From a virus: 64,000 nucleotides of DNA. Of the stretch, positions 19,598 through 29,824 are shown piece by piece. The stretch is taken from positions 64,001 through 128,000 of the IMG/VR virus record IMGVR_UViG_3300011116_000922; one strand, written 5' to 3'. Within the stretch, counting starts at the first letter, position 1. Every line of letters starts with the position of its first letter. A program made the translations under genes and the position numbers. Below the pieces are notes generated by a model. It was not told the origin of the DNA. It was given only the letters and a program-made list of their open reading frames with translations, and did not search any database.

Positions 19598-20312
19598 AAA
19601 GGCATTCGTGCCTGTACTCAATTGCGGTTTTGTTGAATATGTTTCGCACATGGGTGATGATCTCACCGTTGTAAACGCTGCCCGCGTTTCCTTTAACAAG
19701 GAAAGCAAGTGGGAAGGCGACTACATGGATTCGGAATTGAAGTTCCACGAAAAGCACATGGATCCACGGGACGAGAAACTGATCGCGTACCTTGCCAAGC
19801 ACAAGCACTGGACTCCGTTCGCGCATCCACAGATCACCCTGCGGATCAAGGCTCCCATCTTTGTCCGCACCCAACTTTTCAAGCACAAAGTTGGAATGGT
19901 CGAAAATGAAGTGTCCCGGCGTTATGTCAAGGACACCCCACAGTTCTACAACCCCGAGTGGAGAGCCGCACCCACAGACGGAGCCAAGCAGGGCAGCAGC
20001 GATTTCATTCGTGGCGAGATCACGCACGAACTGGACGAGATGTACATGGGCGTGATAAAGCAAGCAGAGTATGTGTACGATCAACTGATTCTGCGTGGCG
20101 TTGCTCCCGAGCAAGCCCGAAGCGTTCTGCCGCAAGGCACATACACCGAGTGGTGGTGGACGGGTTCGCTTTCGGCTTTTGCCCGGATCTACGCACAGCG
20201 GATTGATGCCCATGCCCAATGGGAAGTGCAGCAGTACGCAGGAGCAATCTCGGAAATCATTGCTCCGCTGTTTCCGCACTCTTGGAAGGCACTAACTGGT
20301 CGTCCTACATAA
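19584..20312 (+). CDS. thyX: flavin-dependent thymidylate synthase
   Basis: VNAARVSF, HWTPF, QLFKHK..NEVSRRY, PEQARSVLP, HAQWEV. Confidence 0.95.
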   Translation: MAESEKAFVPVLNCGFVEYVSHMGDDLTVVNAARVSFNKESKWEGDYMDSELKFHEKHMDPRDEKLIAYLAKHKHWTPFAHPQITLRIKAPIFVRTQLFKHKVGMVENEVSRRYVKDTPQFYNPEWRAAPTDGAKQGSSDFIRGEITHELDEMYMGVIKQAEYVYDQLILRGVAPEQARSVLPQGTYTEWWWTGSLSAFARIYAQRIDAHAQWEVQQYAGAISEIIAPLFPHSWKALTGRPT

Positions 20313-20316
20313 AGGG

Positions 20317-22542
20317 ATGGAACAGTTTAAGCGTTTTTCAACCCCTAAAGCCGTCCCATCGGCTTCTAAGCCCCTACCGTTTTCGGAGGGGCATTATGGG
20401 TTTGGATCCCGTTTTGCGCTGACCCATCGGATCAAAGGCACGGAATACGCGGTTGGGGATGTGTTTACATATATTCCCGAAGGCGAATCGCGCCGCCACG
20501 ATCCTTATATTTTGAAAATTGGCGAAGGCATTGGGGAAACTTGTTTTCTTGACCCCCACGGTAGAGCAGTGATTCTGTCCGCTGATGTCAGCGTGGTCAA
20601 CACTATTTTTGAATACCGGGAAACACCACCACAGACGGTGGTGCTGTCAGAGGGTGAGGAGTACACTCCCCCTCCTGCGCCTCCGGTGTTTATTACGGAA
20701 GGTGAATTCAAGCAATTCCGCAAGGGTTTGGCTACAGTTCTTTCCGAAATTGCTGCTATTGCTCCCGACAAGGGAGAGCGCGGTGATCGGGGAGAGCGCG
20801 GCGAACGCGGCGAGAAGGGTGATCCGGGCGAACCCGGAGCGCAGGGGGTTCCCGGTGAAACGGGACAACCGGGCATTCAGGGTGAACAGGGCGAAAAAGG
20901 AGAACCCGGAGAACGGGGAGAAAAAGGAGAACGCGGTGACAAAGGCGAAAACGGCGAAAAAGGCAATCAAGGCGAACCGGGAGAGCATGGAAGACCGGGT
21001 GAGAAGGGTGATAGAGGAGAAGTGGGCCCTCGCGGTGAACGCGGTGAGAAGGGTGATCGCGGCAATCCGGGGCGTGATGGGCTTCCGGGCAAGCCCGGAG
21101 CAGACGGCAAAGACGGCAAGCCCGGTGCGAAAGGCGAGAAGGGCGACCGGGGCGAAAAAGGCGAACGGGGGCTAAAGGGAGAACCCGGTGCCGCAGGAAC
21201 AAAAGGCGACAAGGGAGATCCGGGGGAGCAGGGCGAACCCGGACTCCTTTCCGCCAAGTTCCCGTTGGTGTACAACGCGGAAGACAAGTCTGTTTCCATT
21301 GACGAAGAACGCCTTGACAAGATTCTGAAGAAGATCATGGGCGGTGGCAAGGTTTCGCCGCAGGACATGGGCTGGCTTGCTTCCACAGGTGGCGGCGGCA
21401 AGGTGGCTGTGTACCACAATGGGGTGAAAATCACACCCGATGTGCGTGGCATAAACTTCACTGGCTCGGGTGTGGCTTCCGTCACCAAAGAAAACGGGGT
21501 GGGCGGCAAACTCATCGTGAACATTCAGGGAGGCGGTGGAAGCGGTGTCACTGGTCCCACTGGTCCCACTGGTTCTGCGGGTGCAACGGGTGCAGGCGGT
21601 GCGCTTGGATACTGGGGATCGTTTTGGGATACAGGCAAAAAAACCGTAGTAAGCACCACTACTGCTTACGGCATCACATTCAACAACAGTGACCCGCAGA
21701 ACAATGGTGTAACGGTGGTTGACGGCAGCAAGATCACCTTCCAAAGCACAGGAGTGTACAACCTACAGTTCTCTGCACAGGTTTTCAATACCGAGAACAA
21801 CCAAGAACACGAAGCCACATTCTGGCTGAAGAAAAACGGAAACAACATTCCCGATACTGCGGGTACCATAACAGTAATAGGAAAGCATTCAGATATCACT
21901 GGCGCAGCACTGCCGTCTTGGAACTGGATGCTGCCACTGAACGCAAACGATTATGTTGAATTGTATTGGCACACCAATTCAACGAATGTGCTGCTTGGCA
22001 CACTTCCCGAAGGCACATCCCCTGTGCATTCGGTGTCTCCTGCGGTCATATTCACTGCACAACAGGTCATGTACACGCAAGTTGGTCCCACAGGACCGAC
22101 TGGTCCCACAGGAGCCACCCCCACGGACTATGTGTCTTCCGCTAACGGCTTGACGGGTGCGATTGAGTTTCGGGGTGGTAGAGGAATCACACACACCACT
22201 GGCAGCAATGGTATATCTTTTGGCATTGACTACATTAAGGGTGGCACAACTTTTACAGCCATAGCAAATGTTCCTTCCTCGGGATATCAAGCAGGAACAG
22301 ACTTGATGCTGTTCCAAGACAAGAACGGGACAAATCCGCCGTATCTTACAAACATTTCAAACTTCTTGGGTTACTTTCTTCCGTACACGAAAACAATCAG
22401 TACTGTTGATATTGCCCCACTAACAACTAATAGTTTTCTTATGTCTTCAAGCGGAGGATCTGAAGGCGGTGTCACATTTTCTGATATGGTGGCACTTATT
22501 TCAACAAATCTGACCATTGTGGACGGTGGAACCTACACCTAA
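20317..22542 (+). CDS. collagen-repeat virion fibre protein
   Basis: About 50 G-X-Y triplets, GPTGPTG linkers, C1q/BclA-like beta domain, C-terminal VDGG; preceded by CTACATA. Confidence 0.8.
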   Translation: MEQFKRFSTPKAVPSASKPLPFSEGHYGFGSRFALTHRIKGTEYAVGDVFTYIPEGESRRHDPYILKIGEGIGETCFLDPHGRAVILSADVSVVNTIFEYRETPPQTVVLSEGEEYTPPPAPPVFITEGEFKQFRKGLATVLSEIAAIAPDKGERGDRGERGERGEKGDPGEPGAQGVPGETGQPGIQGEQGEKGEPGERGEKGERGDKGENGEKGNQGEPGEHGRPGEKGDRGEVGPRGERGEKGDRGNPGRDGLPGKPGADGKDGKPGAKGEKGDRGEKGERGLKGEPGAAGTKGDKGDPGEQGEPGLLSAKFPLVYNAEDKSVSIDEERLDKILKKIMGGGKVSPQDMGWLASTGGGGKVAVYHNGVKITPDVRGINFTGSGVASVTKENGVGGKLIVNIQGGGGSGVTGPTGPTGSAGATGAGGALGYWGSFWDTGKKTVVSTTTAYGITFNNSDPQNNGVTVVDGSKITFQSTGVYNLQFSAQVFNTENNQEHEATFWLKKNGNNIPDTAGTITVIGKHSDITGAALPSWNWMLPLNANDYVELYWHTNSTNVLLGTLPEGTSPVHSVSPAVIFTAQQVMYTQVGPTGPTGPTGATPTDYVSSANGLTGAIEFRGGRGITHTTGSNGISFGIDYIKGGTTFTAIANVPSSGYQAGTDLMLFQDKNGTNPPYLTNISNFLGYFLPYTKTISTVDIAPLTTNSFLMSSSGGSEGGVTFSDMVALISTNLTIVDGGTYT
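20773..21243 (+). repeat. collagen (Gly-X-Y)n coding repeat
   Basis: GERGDRGERGERGEKGDPGEPG...GEQGEPG. Confidence 0.9.
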
Positions 22543-22570
22543 ATACTGTACGCACTATTAGGACACAACT

Positions 22571-24562
22571 ATGGCAACACAGATCACATTCCGCCGAGGC
22601 TCGTCCTTCCCCACCGCAGGATCGGGAATCACCTTGGCAGAACCAGTATTTGAAACCACGCTGCACACCTTCCATATCGGCTTGGGGTACGGTATAACGG
22701 CAGAGTGGGTTGGTGCGCCCATCAGCGGATTGAGCGCAGACATTGCCGCAGGCATTACCTACAAGATTCCCACAGCCGCAGCGGTAAAGAACTATATCAA
22801 CGGGCTGTGTTTCGGCAACACTGGTGGTGGAGCAGTTTCTTCTGTTTCAGGATCGGGAAACGGAGTATTGGTTTCTCCCACCACAGGTGCGGTTGTGGTA
22901 TCCAATACTGGTGTCCACTCATTCAACGGATTGACGGGCGCAGTACAAGGTGTGTCGGCTGCTGTGGCAGGAACAGGAATATCGGTTAGCGGAGCCACTG
23001 GTTCTGTCACTATTACAAACATAGGTGTTCAGTCCTTCAACGGGCGCACAGGTGCAGTCACAGGCGCATCACTGGGTGCAAACACTTTCACTGGTTTGCA
23101 GACCATGACTTTGGGCATCAGTGCTGCGGGTGGCATGACTCTTGCAGGTACGCTGAACACTACTGGTGATATCAAGTTCAACGGAACCGCTGCCAAGAGC
23201 ATTACAACCACACAGGCTCCCCTCACCATCAAGGGAGTGACAAGTAGTGGTATTTCTGTGTCTGGTTACAATGCTATTGTGCTTGGTGTTCAAACGACTG
23301 ATCCATTAAAACTATGGTCTGCTAGTGGTGTAGTTGATATTAATTCCGATACGGCAACTGCTTTTAGCACAAGTATTAAACTCAATACAAACGATGGTAA
23401 TTTCGAGCCACTTACAGCATCTGTAACCATTCAGCCTAGCACCTATTTCACCGCAGACAGAACCCTGAACATACAGGACGCTTCAGGCACGATTGCGCTG
23501 ACAAACCAGTTGATGGGGACAGTGAACGGCTCCACCGCTGCAACCACTGCTGTTACTTCGTTCAATGGACTCACGGGAGCCGTGGGCGGTGTATGTGCTG
23601 CACAAGCCAACACCTTTACCGCACTACAGACATTCAACAGCGGAATCTCCGCTGCGGGTGGAATTACATTTGGAGCCACTGCTGCTTTCTCCAACAGCGC
23701 AGTGTTTGCAAACGCAGAGTACATTCGGAATACCACGAACGGTCAACTTGACCTCATGCCTGCTCCTGCGGGATCAACGGCATTCGGAATTTATTTTGAC
23801 ATGACATCGTGGAGTTACGGTGTCATCATGGGCACTATCCGCACATCCGATGGACTCAAGAACACGGGCGGAAACTTCCGATTCGATGCTCCGCTGACAA
23901 TCAACAACGACACATTCTTCCAGTTGGGTTCTGACGGACAGTACAGATTCCAAAGAACATCCACTGGAAACGATACCGCACAGTTTGGTGCGTACTGCGA
24001 CGGCGTGAACAACAGCGGTGCGTATGCGATTGTTGGATTCGGATCGGAAGGTACTGCAAACCGCAGTCCTGCAACCAAGCACAGTAATCCCAACCTGTAC
24101 ATCTACGCCAACGGCAACGCAAGCGCAAACGATTTCGTGCGATTTGAGCATGATCGCACAAACGCGAACATCGTAAGCGGCGGAACAAGCGGAATTTTTG
24201 TTCAGCCCGGAAACGGAATCGTTGGTGTCAGTGGTGGTGTTTCTGCTGACGCTTTCATGTTGGCTGGCGGGGGCATCAGGACACTCACCGGAACCACATA
24301 CACTTTCCTTGCAACTGACAACGGAAAAGTGATAACCATGAACAACGCCAGTGGCATAACTGCAACGGTTCCTTCAGGACTTCCTGTGGGGTACAGCGTG
24401 ACCGTGATTCAACTTGGTGCTGGTCAGGTCGGCTTTACTGCTGCTTCCGGTGTTACTCTCAACTCGTATACATCGCTGAGAAAGATCGCTGGACAGCACG
24501 GTTCTGCGTCAGTTGTTTCGTACAGCAGCAATGTGTTCAATCTAGCAGGAAATCTGGCATGA
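22571..24562 (+). CDS. tail fibre-like protein
   Basis: MATQITFRRG N-terminus (hyaluronidase/major tropism determinant-like), SFNGxTGAV repeats, C-terminal TxTVP..G..GxL domain; preceded by CTAAATA. Confidence 0.7.
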   Translation: MATQITFRRGSSFPTAGSGITLAEPVFETTLHTFHIGLGYGITAEWVGAPISGLSADIAAGITYKIPTAAAVKNYINGLCFGNTGGGAVSSVSGSGNGVLVSPTTGAVVVSNTGVHSFNGLTGAVQGVSAAVAGTGISVSGATGSVTITNIGVQSFNGRTGAVTGASLGANTFTGLQTMTLGISAAGGMTLAGTLNTTGDIKFNGTAAKSITTTQAPLTIKGVTSSGISVSGYNAIVLGVQTTDPLKLWSASGVVDINSDTATAFSTSIKLNTNDGNFEPLTASVTIQPSTYFTADRTLNIQDASGTIALTNQLMGTVNGSTAATTAVTSFNGLTGAVGGVCAAQANTFTALQTFNSGISAAGGITFGATAAFSNSAVFANAEYIRNTTNGQLDLMPAPAGSTAFGIYFDMTSWSYGVIMGTIRTSDGLKNTGGNFRFDAPLTINNDTFFQLGSDGQYRFQRTSTGNDTAQFGAYCDGVNNSGAYAIVGFGSEGTANRSPATKHSNPNLYIYANGNASANDFVRFEHDRTNANIVSGGTSGIFVQPGNGIVGVSGGVSADAFMLAGGGIRTLTGTTYTFLATDNGKVITMNNASGITATVPSGLPVGYSVTVIQLGAGQVGFTAASGVTLNSYTSLRKIAGQHGSASVVSYSSNVFNLAGNLA

Positions 24563-24999
24563 GACATTTAATTGGTCTTCGTGGTCACGCCAACACCATC
24601 ATCAGTACAACCGATGTAACACCAAATGCCGTGAATTGGTCAAACGTTGGATTCTCGGAAATGTTGGGGGCTTTCACCTATAGCGAAAGACAGATCACGG
24701 GAATAAACACAACAATAACTGTAAAAGTTGACTACAACATGGCTGAAGGTGATCTGTACTACTATGTGAGCAGCACAGCAGGAGCAATTGGCAGCGGAGA
24801 TTTCGATATCTTTCTTGGACCGTATGACACGGTTGCACAATACATTTCGTCGGGAACCACATTCACGGTTTCAAACAACCAGTATGTCACATTCGGGGCA
24901 GACGGTTTTGGTAGCACGGTTAATCCGTGGGTAACAGTAACAAATGTAAGCGATTCCAACACCACTCTTGACACCTTCGGATTGTTCTATTCCCTCTAA
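24559..24999 (+). CDS. hypothetical protein, fibre-associated
   Basis: ATGA overlap with fibre gene, beta-rich. Confidence 0.6.
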   Translation: MRHLIGLRGHANTIISTTDVTPNAVNWSNVGFSEMLGAFTYSERQITGINTTITVKVDYNMAEGDLYYYVSSTAGAIGSGDFDIFLGPYDTVAQYISSGTTFTVSNNQYVTFGADGFGSTVNPWVTVTNVSDSNTTLDTFGLFYSL

Positions 25000-25007
25000 T
25001 ACATAAA

Positions 25008-25247
25008 ATGACAGAAACACCAGAACAAAGAACCGAACGCCACCTGTCCGTGATGCAATCACATGCTGATTCCATCAACACCATAGTTTCCGCACAACAA
25101 AAAGACGAAGAAAAAATACAATCCGTGCAGTGTTCAATTCGTGTGCTTGGAATCATGTTGAAACGAAATTACATACAGAACTGTGGCACAGACTTGACAG
25201 GGTTCCACGCTGCGGTGACAGCAGGAACAGATTTTTTAACTGCATAA
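25008..25247 (+). CDS. hypothetical protein
   Basis: ORF before terminator. Confidence 0.55.
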   Translation: MTETPEQRTERHLSVMQSHADSINTIVSAQQKDEEKIQSVQCSIRVLGIMLKRNYIQNCGTDLTGFHAAVTAGTDFLTA

Positions 25248-25271
25248 CCCAAATACTGTTTTCAATACTTT

Positions 25272-25293
25272 AGGGGGGCGAAAGCCCCCCTTT
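25272..25293 (+). terminator. intrinsic terminator
   Basis: AGGGGGGC-GAAA-GCCCCCCT-TT. Confidence 0.8.
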
Positions 25294-25342
25294 ATGTTAT
25301 GATTCGCTCTACATACTCTACCTAATAACCAAGGAGTTACAC

Positions 25343-27265
25343 ATGAAGCAACTGCCAACACTCTATCAATCTTTCATCCATCTTTCACGCTACAGTCGTT
25401 GGCTTGATTCTGAAATGCGGCGCGAGACTTGGGAGGAAACGGTTGACCGTTACTTCCGTTTCTTTGACGAGCATTTTGCCGACAAGGGCGTGAAGATAAA
25501 TAAGGCAGTCCGTGAAGAACTTCGTGAAGCAGTCCTGAATCTTGAAGTCATGCCGTCCATGCGGTCGCTGATGACCGCAGGGGAAGCCCTCAAGCGTGAC
25601 AACACCGCTGGTTACAACTGCTCCTATGTTGCGGTCAACAAGGTTCGCGCATTTGATGAGATCCTGTATGTTCTCATGTGCGGAACAGGTGTAGGCTTTA
25701 GCGTGGAGAGGCAGTATGTTGAAAAACTTCCTACAATTGCTGAAGAGTTTACGCACAGCGATACACTTATTGTGGTCAAGGACTCCAAAGAAGGTTGGGC
25801 AAAAGCCTACCGAGAACTGGTGTCCCTACTTATTGGAGGTCAAATCCCCCGATGGGACTTGTCTCACATTCGTCCTCTTGGTGCGCGCCTCAAGACTTTC
25901 GGTGGACGCGCAAGTGGACCGCAGCCACTGGAAGACCTCTTCCGATTTACCGTCAGTACTTTTAAGAAGAGTGCTGGTCGCAAACTCACCTCTATTGAAT
26001 GCCACGACATTATCTGTAAGATTGCAGAGATTGTCGTTGTCGGTGGAGTCCGTAGATCGGCTCTTATCTCGCTTTCCAATCTCACGGACGAACGGATGCG
26101 TGATGCTAAGGTGGGACAGTGGTGGTTGGAAAATCCACAACGGGCACTAGCCAACAACTCTGTTGCCTTCAAGGAGAAGCCCGAGATCGGCACATTCATG
26201 GAGGAGTGGGTTTCGCTGTACAAGTCCAAGAGCGGTGAGCGTGGACTGTTCAACCGCGAAGCGTGTCAGAAGACCGTGGAGAAACTGGGCGACCGCCGTG
26301 ATCCTTCATACGAGTTCGGCACAAACCCCTGCTCCGAGATCATTCTGCGCGACAAGGAGTTCTGCAATCTGAGCGAAGTCATTGTTCGCGCAGACGACAC
26401 GCCTGATACCCTGAAGCGCAAGACTCGCCTTGCTGCAATTCTTGGTACTTGGCAGGCTTCTCTCACGAACTTCCCGTACCTCAGCAGTGAGTGGCGGAAG
26501 AATTGTGAAGAAGAGTGCTTGCTTGGTGTTTCGCTCACAGGCATTCTTGACAACAAACTGATGCGTACACAGGGCGACAATCTGAATGTGCTGCTTGAAA
26601 CGCTGAAGGCGGATGCGGTTGCGGTCAACAAGGAGTGGGCAAAGCGGATTGGCATCAACCCCGCAGCGGCTATTACTTGCGTGAAGCCAAGCGGCACGGT
26701 GTCGCAGTTGACTGATGCGGCTAGCGGCATCCACGCCCGTCACTCGGAGTACTACATTCGCACTGTTCGTGCAGACCGCAAAGACCCCATGTGTCAGTTT
26801 ATGATTGACAAGGGCTTCCCTGCGGAGCCGTGTGTCATGCGCCCCGACCACACAATGGTGTTCTCGTTCCCGCAGAAGGCTGTGGGATCGGTGACGCGCA
26901 ACGACATGACGGCTATTGAACACCTTGAGTTGTGGCTTACCTATCAGCGTCACTGGTGCGAACACAAGCCAAGCATCACCGTGACGGTCAAGGAGCATGA
27001 GTGGATGGCGGTGGGTGCGTGGGTGTACGCGCACTTTGACGAGATCAGCGGCATTTCGTTCCTGCCGCACTCTGACCACACCTATCAGCAGGCTCCGTAT
27101 CAGGACTGCACAGCGGAGCAGTACGAAGCCGCTGCGGCTAAACTGCCACAGTCCATTGATTGGAGCAAGTTGACCCAGTACGAGAAGGAAGACACCACCA
27201 AGGGTACGCAGACCTTTGCGTGCAGTGCGGGTGTCTGCGAGGTCGTGGACTTGACTTCACAGTAA
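25343..27265 (+). CDS. nrdJ: class II (adenosylcobalamin-dependent) ribonucleotide reductase, monomeric type
   Basis: RETWEETVDR, YNCSY, GRASGP, VGGVRRSA, TNPCSEI, CNL, VKPSGT, C-terminal CSAGVCE. Confidence 0.93.
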   Translation: MKQLPTLYQSFIHLSRYSRWLDSEMRRETWEETVDRYFRFFDEHFADKGVKINKAVREELREAVLNLEVMPSMRSLMTAGEALKRDNTAGYNCSYVAVNKVRAFDEILYVLMCGTGVGFSVERQYVEKLPTIAEEFTHSDTLIVVKDSKEGWAKAYRELVSLLIGGQIPRWDLSHIRPLGARLKTFGGRASGPQPLEDLFRFTVSTFKKSAGRKLTSIECHDIICKIAEIVVVGGVRRSALISLSNLTDERMRDAKVGQWWLENPQRALANNSVAFKEKPEIGTFMEEWVSLYKSKSGERGLFNREACQKTVEKLGDRRDPSYEFGTNPCSEIILRDKEFCNLSEVIVRADDTPDTLKRKTRLAAILGTWQASLTNFPYLSSEWRKNCEEECLLGVSLTGILDNKLMRTQGDNLNVLLETLKADAVAVNKEWAKRIGINPAAAITCVKPSGTVSQLTDAASGIHARHSEYYIRTVRADRKDPMCQFMIDKGFPAEPCVMRPDHTMVFSFPQKAVGSVTRNDMTAIEHLELWLTYQRHWCEHKPSITVTVKEHEWMAVGAWVYAHFDEISGISFLPHSDHTYQQAPYQDCTAEQYEAAAAKLPQSIDWSKLTQYEKEDTTKGTQTFACSAGVCEVVDLTSQ

Positions 27266-27287
27266 TTCACCGCGCCATCCAGTATGA

Positions 27288-27315
27288 GCAGCCCCCGTAA
27301 CTGGGGGCTGTTTCA
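27288..27315 (+). terminator. intrinsic terminator
   Basis: CAGCCCCC-GTAACT-GGGGGCTG-TTT. Confidence 0.75.
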
Positions 27316-27363
27316 TTTAAGAAAATGAGAATTTTTATATCGTAAACTGGTCTAGATATTTGT

Positions 27364-28131
27364 ATGAAGAGAGGTGTAGTAAATTCTCTTCTCGCGGCTC
27401 TAGCACTCGTCTTGCTGCAAGCCTGTGTTACAGATATCGCTCCCTCTGCGCCTAAGAGCGCACCCCCGCCGAAGAGCGGGGTGACTGAACCAAAGCGAGA
27501 AGCCCCCGTGGAGACTCAACTCTTCATGCGGGGCTTCTCGCCTTTGGACGATGCCGCAGATCCTGCGGTTGGACACTTGGAGGGTGAAGAAGGAAACACA
27601 ATTGGCAGCGCGGTTCTTGTTACCCCAACTGAAATACTCACAGCGGGACACTGCGTGGAAGACGGCTCTGCTGTGTGGTTTGTGACACAGGGCGAGTGCC
27701 ACCGCATTTCCAAATATACCCTGCATCCACGCTACAAAATAGGCGAAACGGTGTTCTGTGATCTTGCCGTGGCACACCTAGAAAAGCCCTGCGCTGCCCC
27801 CACAATGCCTTTGGTGGGCAAGGAATACCAATACGAGCGTGGACAGCCTTTAAGCGTAATAGGATACGGTGGAGGCATCCGGCGACACAGCAACCCCGGC
27901 GTATTTTTTTACTTTGGAACCATAATAGAAGATCCAACCGTATTCAAATTCCTGCCCATTCGTGGCACGATTTGGTTTGGTGATTCCGGTGGAGCGGTGG
28001 TAGACGCAGACGGAAATCTGATTGGCATTGTGGCATCATTCGCAATAGTAAACGGACAACTATACGAAAACTCTGCCACTCGCCTTGACTTGTTCCGGGA
28101 TTGGATACTGGAGGAAATAGGATGCAATTAA
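27364..28131 (+). CDS. trypsin-like (S1) serine protease, lipoprotein
   Basis: Lipobox LLQAC, LTAGHC, DLAV, GDSGG catalytic triad motifs. Confidence 0.85.
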   Translation: MKRGVVNSLLAALALVLLQACVTDIAPSAPKSAPPPKSGVTEPKREAPVETQLFMRGFSPLDDAADPAVGHLEGEEGNTIGSAVLVTPTEILTAGHCVEDGSAVWFVTQGECHRISKYTLHPRYKIGETVFCDLAVAHLEKPCAAPTMPLVGKEYQYERGQPLSVIGYGGGIRRHSNPGVFFYFGTIIEDPTVFKFLPIRGTIWFGDSGGAVVDADGNLIGIVASFAIVNGQLYENSATRLDLFRDWILEEIGCN

Positions 28132-28206
28132 CCAAGACACAACGCGCCCTAATTGGTGCTTGCAGTTTTCTTGTGGGCATCCTGTTGGGAAGACTGCTCC
28201 ACATAT

Positions 28207-28231
28207 GAAAAGACCCCCGAAAGGGGGTCTT
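28207..28231. terminator. bidirectional terminator
   Basis: AAAAGACCCCC-GAAA-GGGGGTCTT between convergent genes. Confidence 0.75.
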
Positions 28232-28233
28232 GC

Positions 28234-28416
28234 TCACGATACCGTGGATGATACGGGTTCTGCTGTCTGTTCTGCCAACTGCTTTTGCAGTTCTGCCTTT
28301 TCCTTTAGTGCAATCTGAAGGCGGGCTTCTGCCAAGATGTTGGCAGTGGTCAGATCGTGAACCTTCTTCTCAAGAAGAGGAATCAGCACGGTTTCGTTGT
28401 AGTTTTCTTCGCTCAT
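28234..28416 (-). CDS. small coiled-coil hypothetical protein
   Basis: MSEENYNETV...; SD GGAGG and perfect late promoter TATAAATA (28436-28443, - strand). Confidence 0.7.
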   Translation of the reverse strand: MSEENYNETVLIPLLEKKVHDLTTANILAEARLQIALKEKAELQKQLAEQTAEPVSSTVS

Positions 28417-28464
28417 ATTGAGTCCTCCTGTACCGTATTTATAACCCATGCCATACATACTTGT

Positions 28465-29037
28465 ATGGTTATAGCAGGAATTGATTATTCTCTTTGCGGT
28501 CCTGCAATATGCTTGTTTCGTGCAAACGCAACAGGAGTTTTTTCGTACAGCGGTTGCTCCTTCTATTTCCTGACAGACAACAAGCGGCAAAGCGAGATCC
28601 GCACCCTGAATATTTTTGGAGAGCGGTTGAGTGATTGGGACAGCGACCAACACCGCTACGAAACCATTGCTGATTGGGCACTGGACATTGTGATGGGCTG
28701 CACCCATGTAGCCCTTGAAGGGTATGCGTATTCTGCAAGCGGACGGGTGTTCAATATCGCAGAAAACACGGGCATACTCAAATATAAACTGTACCAGTTG
28801 GGAATACCTGTCACTATCATTCCGCCTACCGAAGTAAAAAAGTATGCCACCACCAAGGGCAATGCAGACAAGAATGCCATGTACTCTGCGTGGACACACG
28901 AAACAGGAGTGGATTTAAAAACACTCTTGACACCGAAGCGTCAAGAGTGCGTTAGTCCTGTTGCGGATATTGTGGATTCGTACTATATTTGCAAGAAGAT
29001 GTACGACACACTGCGTCCCGGAATAGAAGACGATTAA
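28465..29037 (+). CDS. ruvC: RuvC-like Holliday junction resolvase
   Basis: IAGIDYS, VALEGYAY, IAENTGILK, PTEVKKYAT.KGNADK, DIVDS. Confidence 0.8.
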   Translation: MVIAGIDYSLCGPAICLFRANATGVFSYSGCSFYFLTDNKRQSEIRTLNIFGERLSDWDSDQHRYETIADWALDIVMGCTHVALEGYAYSASGRVFNIAENTGILKYKLYQLGIPVTIIPPTEVKKYATTKGNADKNAMYSAWTHETGVDLKTLLTPKRQECVSPVADIVDSYYICKKMYDTLRPGIEDD

Positions 29038-29339
29038 ACTGTTGGAGCAGGGGGCTGAGTGTCTGTAGCCTTGGGCTTCTCTGTTTCGCTGTCTGTCTTG
29101 TCGTCAAGGTGCAGGGGCTTGTTGATGAATTCCTTCCAAACCCACGCAAGAATCATCAACAGGATGGGCACATACCACAGCACCCATCCCCAGTTTTGAC
29201 CAATCTTGTCGCCGTTCAGAATGTCGTGCTTGAGTTTCAGCATGACAGGGCTATCTGATGTGGTGTCAGGAACAATAGCGGGTGCGGTGTTGCACGCTGC
29301 GAGGCAGAGAAGAGACAGGGTGTATGCTAGTTTACGCAT
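29034..29339 (-). CDS. lipoprotein with C-terminal transmembrane helix (unimolecular-spanin-like topology)
   Basis: Lipobox LAAC at residue 16; TM WGWVLWYVPILLMILAWVW; next to holin-like gene. Confidence 0.5.
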   Translation of the reverse strand: MRKLAYTLSLLCLAACNTAPAIVPDTTSDSPVMLKLKHDILNGDKIGQNWGWVLWYVPILLMILAWVWKEFINKPLHLDDKTDSETEKPKATDTQPPAPTV

Positions 29340-29348
29340 GGCTTCTCC

Positions 29349-29786
29349 TTAAGACTTGTTGGAAGCAGCGGCTGAACCAAAGTAGAATCCTACGATGCTC
29401 ACCAAGATTTGACGAGTTTCAGACGCAAACAGGAAGCCGTTGATCTCCACGAAATACTTGCGGGTGGACTGCGGGATAAGCCCAAACAGTCCCTCGGGCG
29501 TGGTTGCGTCCACTTCCACGAAAGTGGGCAGACCAAAGAACGGCAGGATGAAGGGAGCCATCAAGGTGGCAAACAGCACAGACAGTACGATGAGTTGGCG
29601 AATGCCCTTGCCTGTGTCCAGTGGGACTCGCAGGGCGGCTTTGTCCTGATTCTCGGTGGTCTGCTTGTTTGCCGCTATGAGGCGTTCAAAGATTTCCTTC
29701 TGATCCTGACTCTTTTGAGCCATGTATCGAAACAGGAATCCTGTAGCCGCGCCACCAACCAAAGAAATAAGTTCGGAACTAATCAT
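29349..29786 (-). CDS. holin-like membrane protein
   Basis: Three hydrophobic segments ending IVGFYFGS, as in 3TM holins. Confidence 0.55.
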   Translation of the reverse strand: MISSELISLVGGAATGFLFRYMAQKSQDQKEIFERLIAANKQTTENQDKAALRVPLDTGKGIRQLIVLSVLFATLMAPFILPFFGLPTFVEVDATTPEGLFGLIPQSTRKYFVEINGFLFASETRQILVSIVGFYFGSAAASNKS

Positions 29787-29824
29787 TCACGCCACTTCCT
29801 TTCTGAAACGGTGTACACTATTAT

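Noticed and set aside
20773-24562. Diversity-generating retroelement acting on fibre genes
   Set aside because: No reverse transcriptase and no adenine-specific template/variable repeat pair seen in the window
11254-27265. Introns or inteins in polymerase, helicase, thyX or nrdJ
   Set aside because: Lengths and motif spacing are normal and no splice motifs were seen
28357-28464. N-terminal extensions given in the ORF track for ruvC and the opposite-strand gene
   Set aside because: Region holds divergent promoters and an RBS; true starts are 28465 (+) and 28416 (-)
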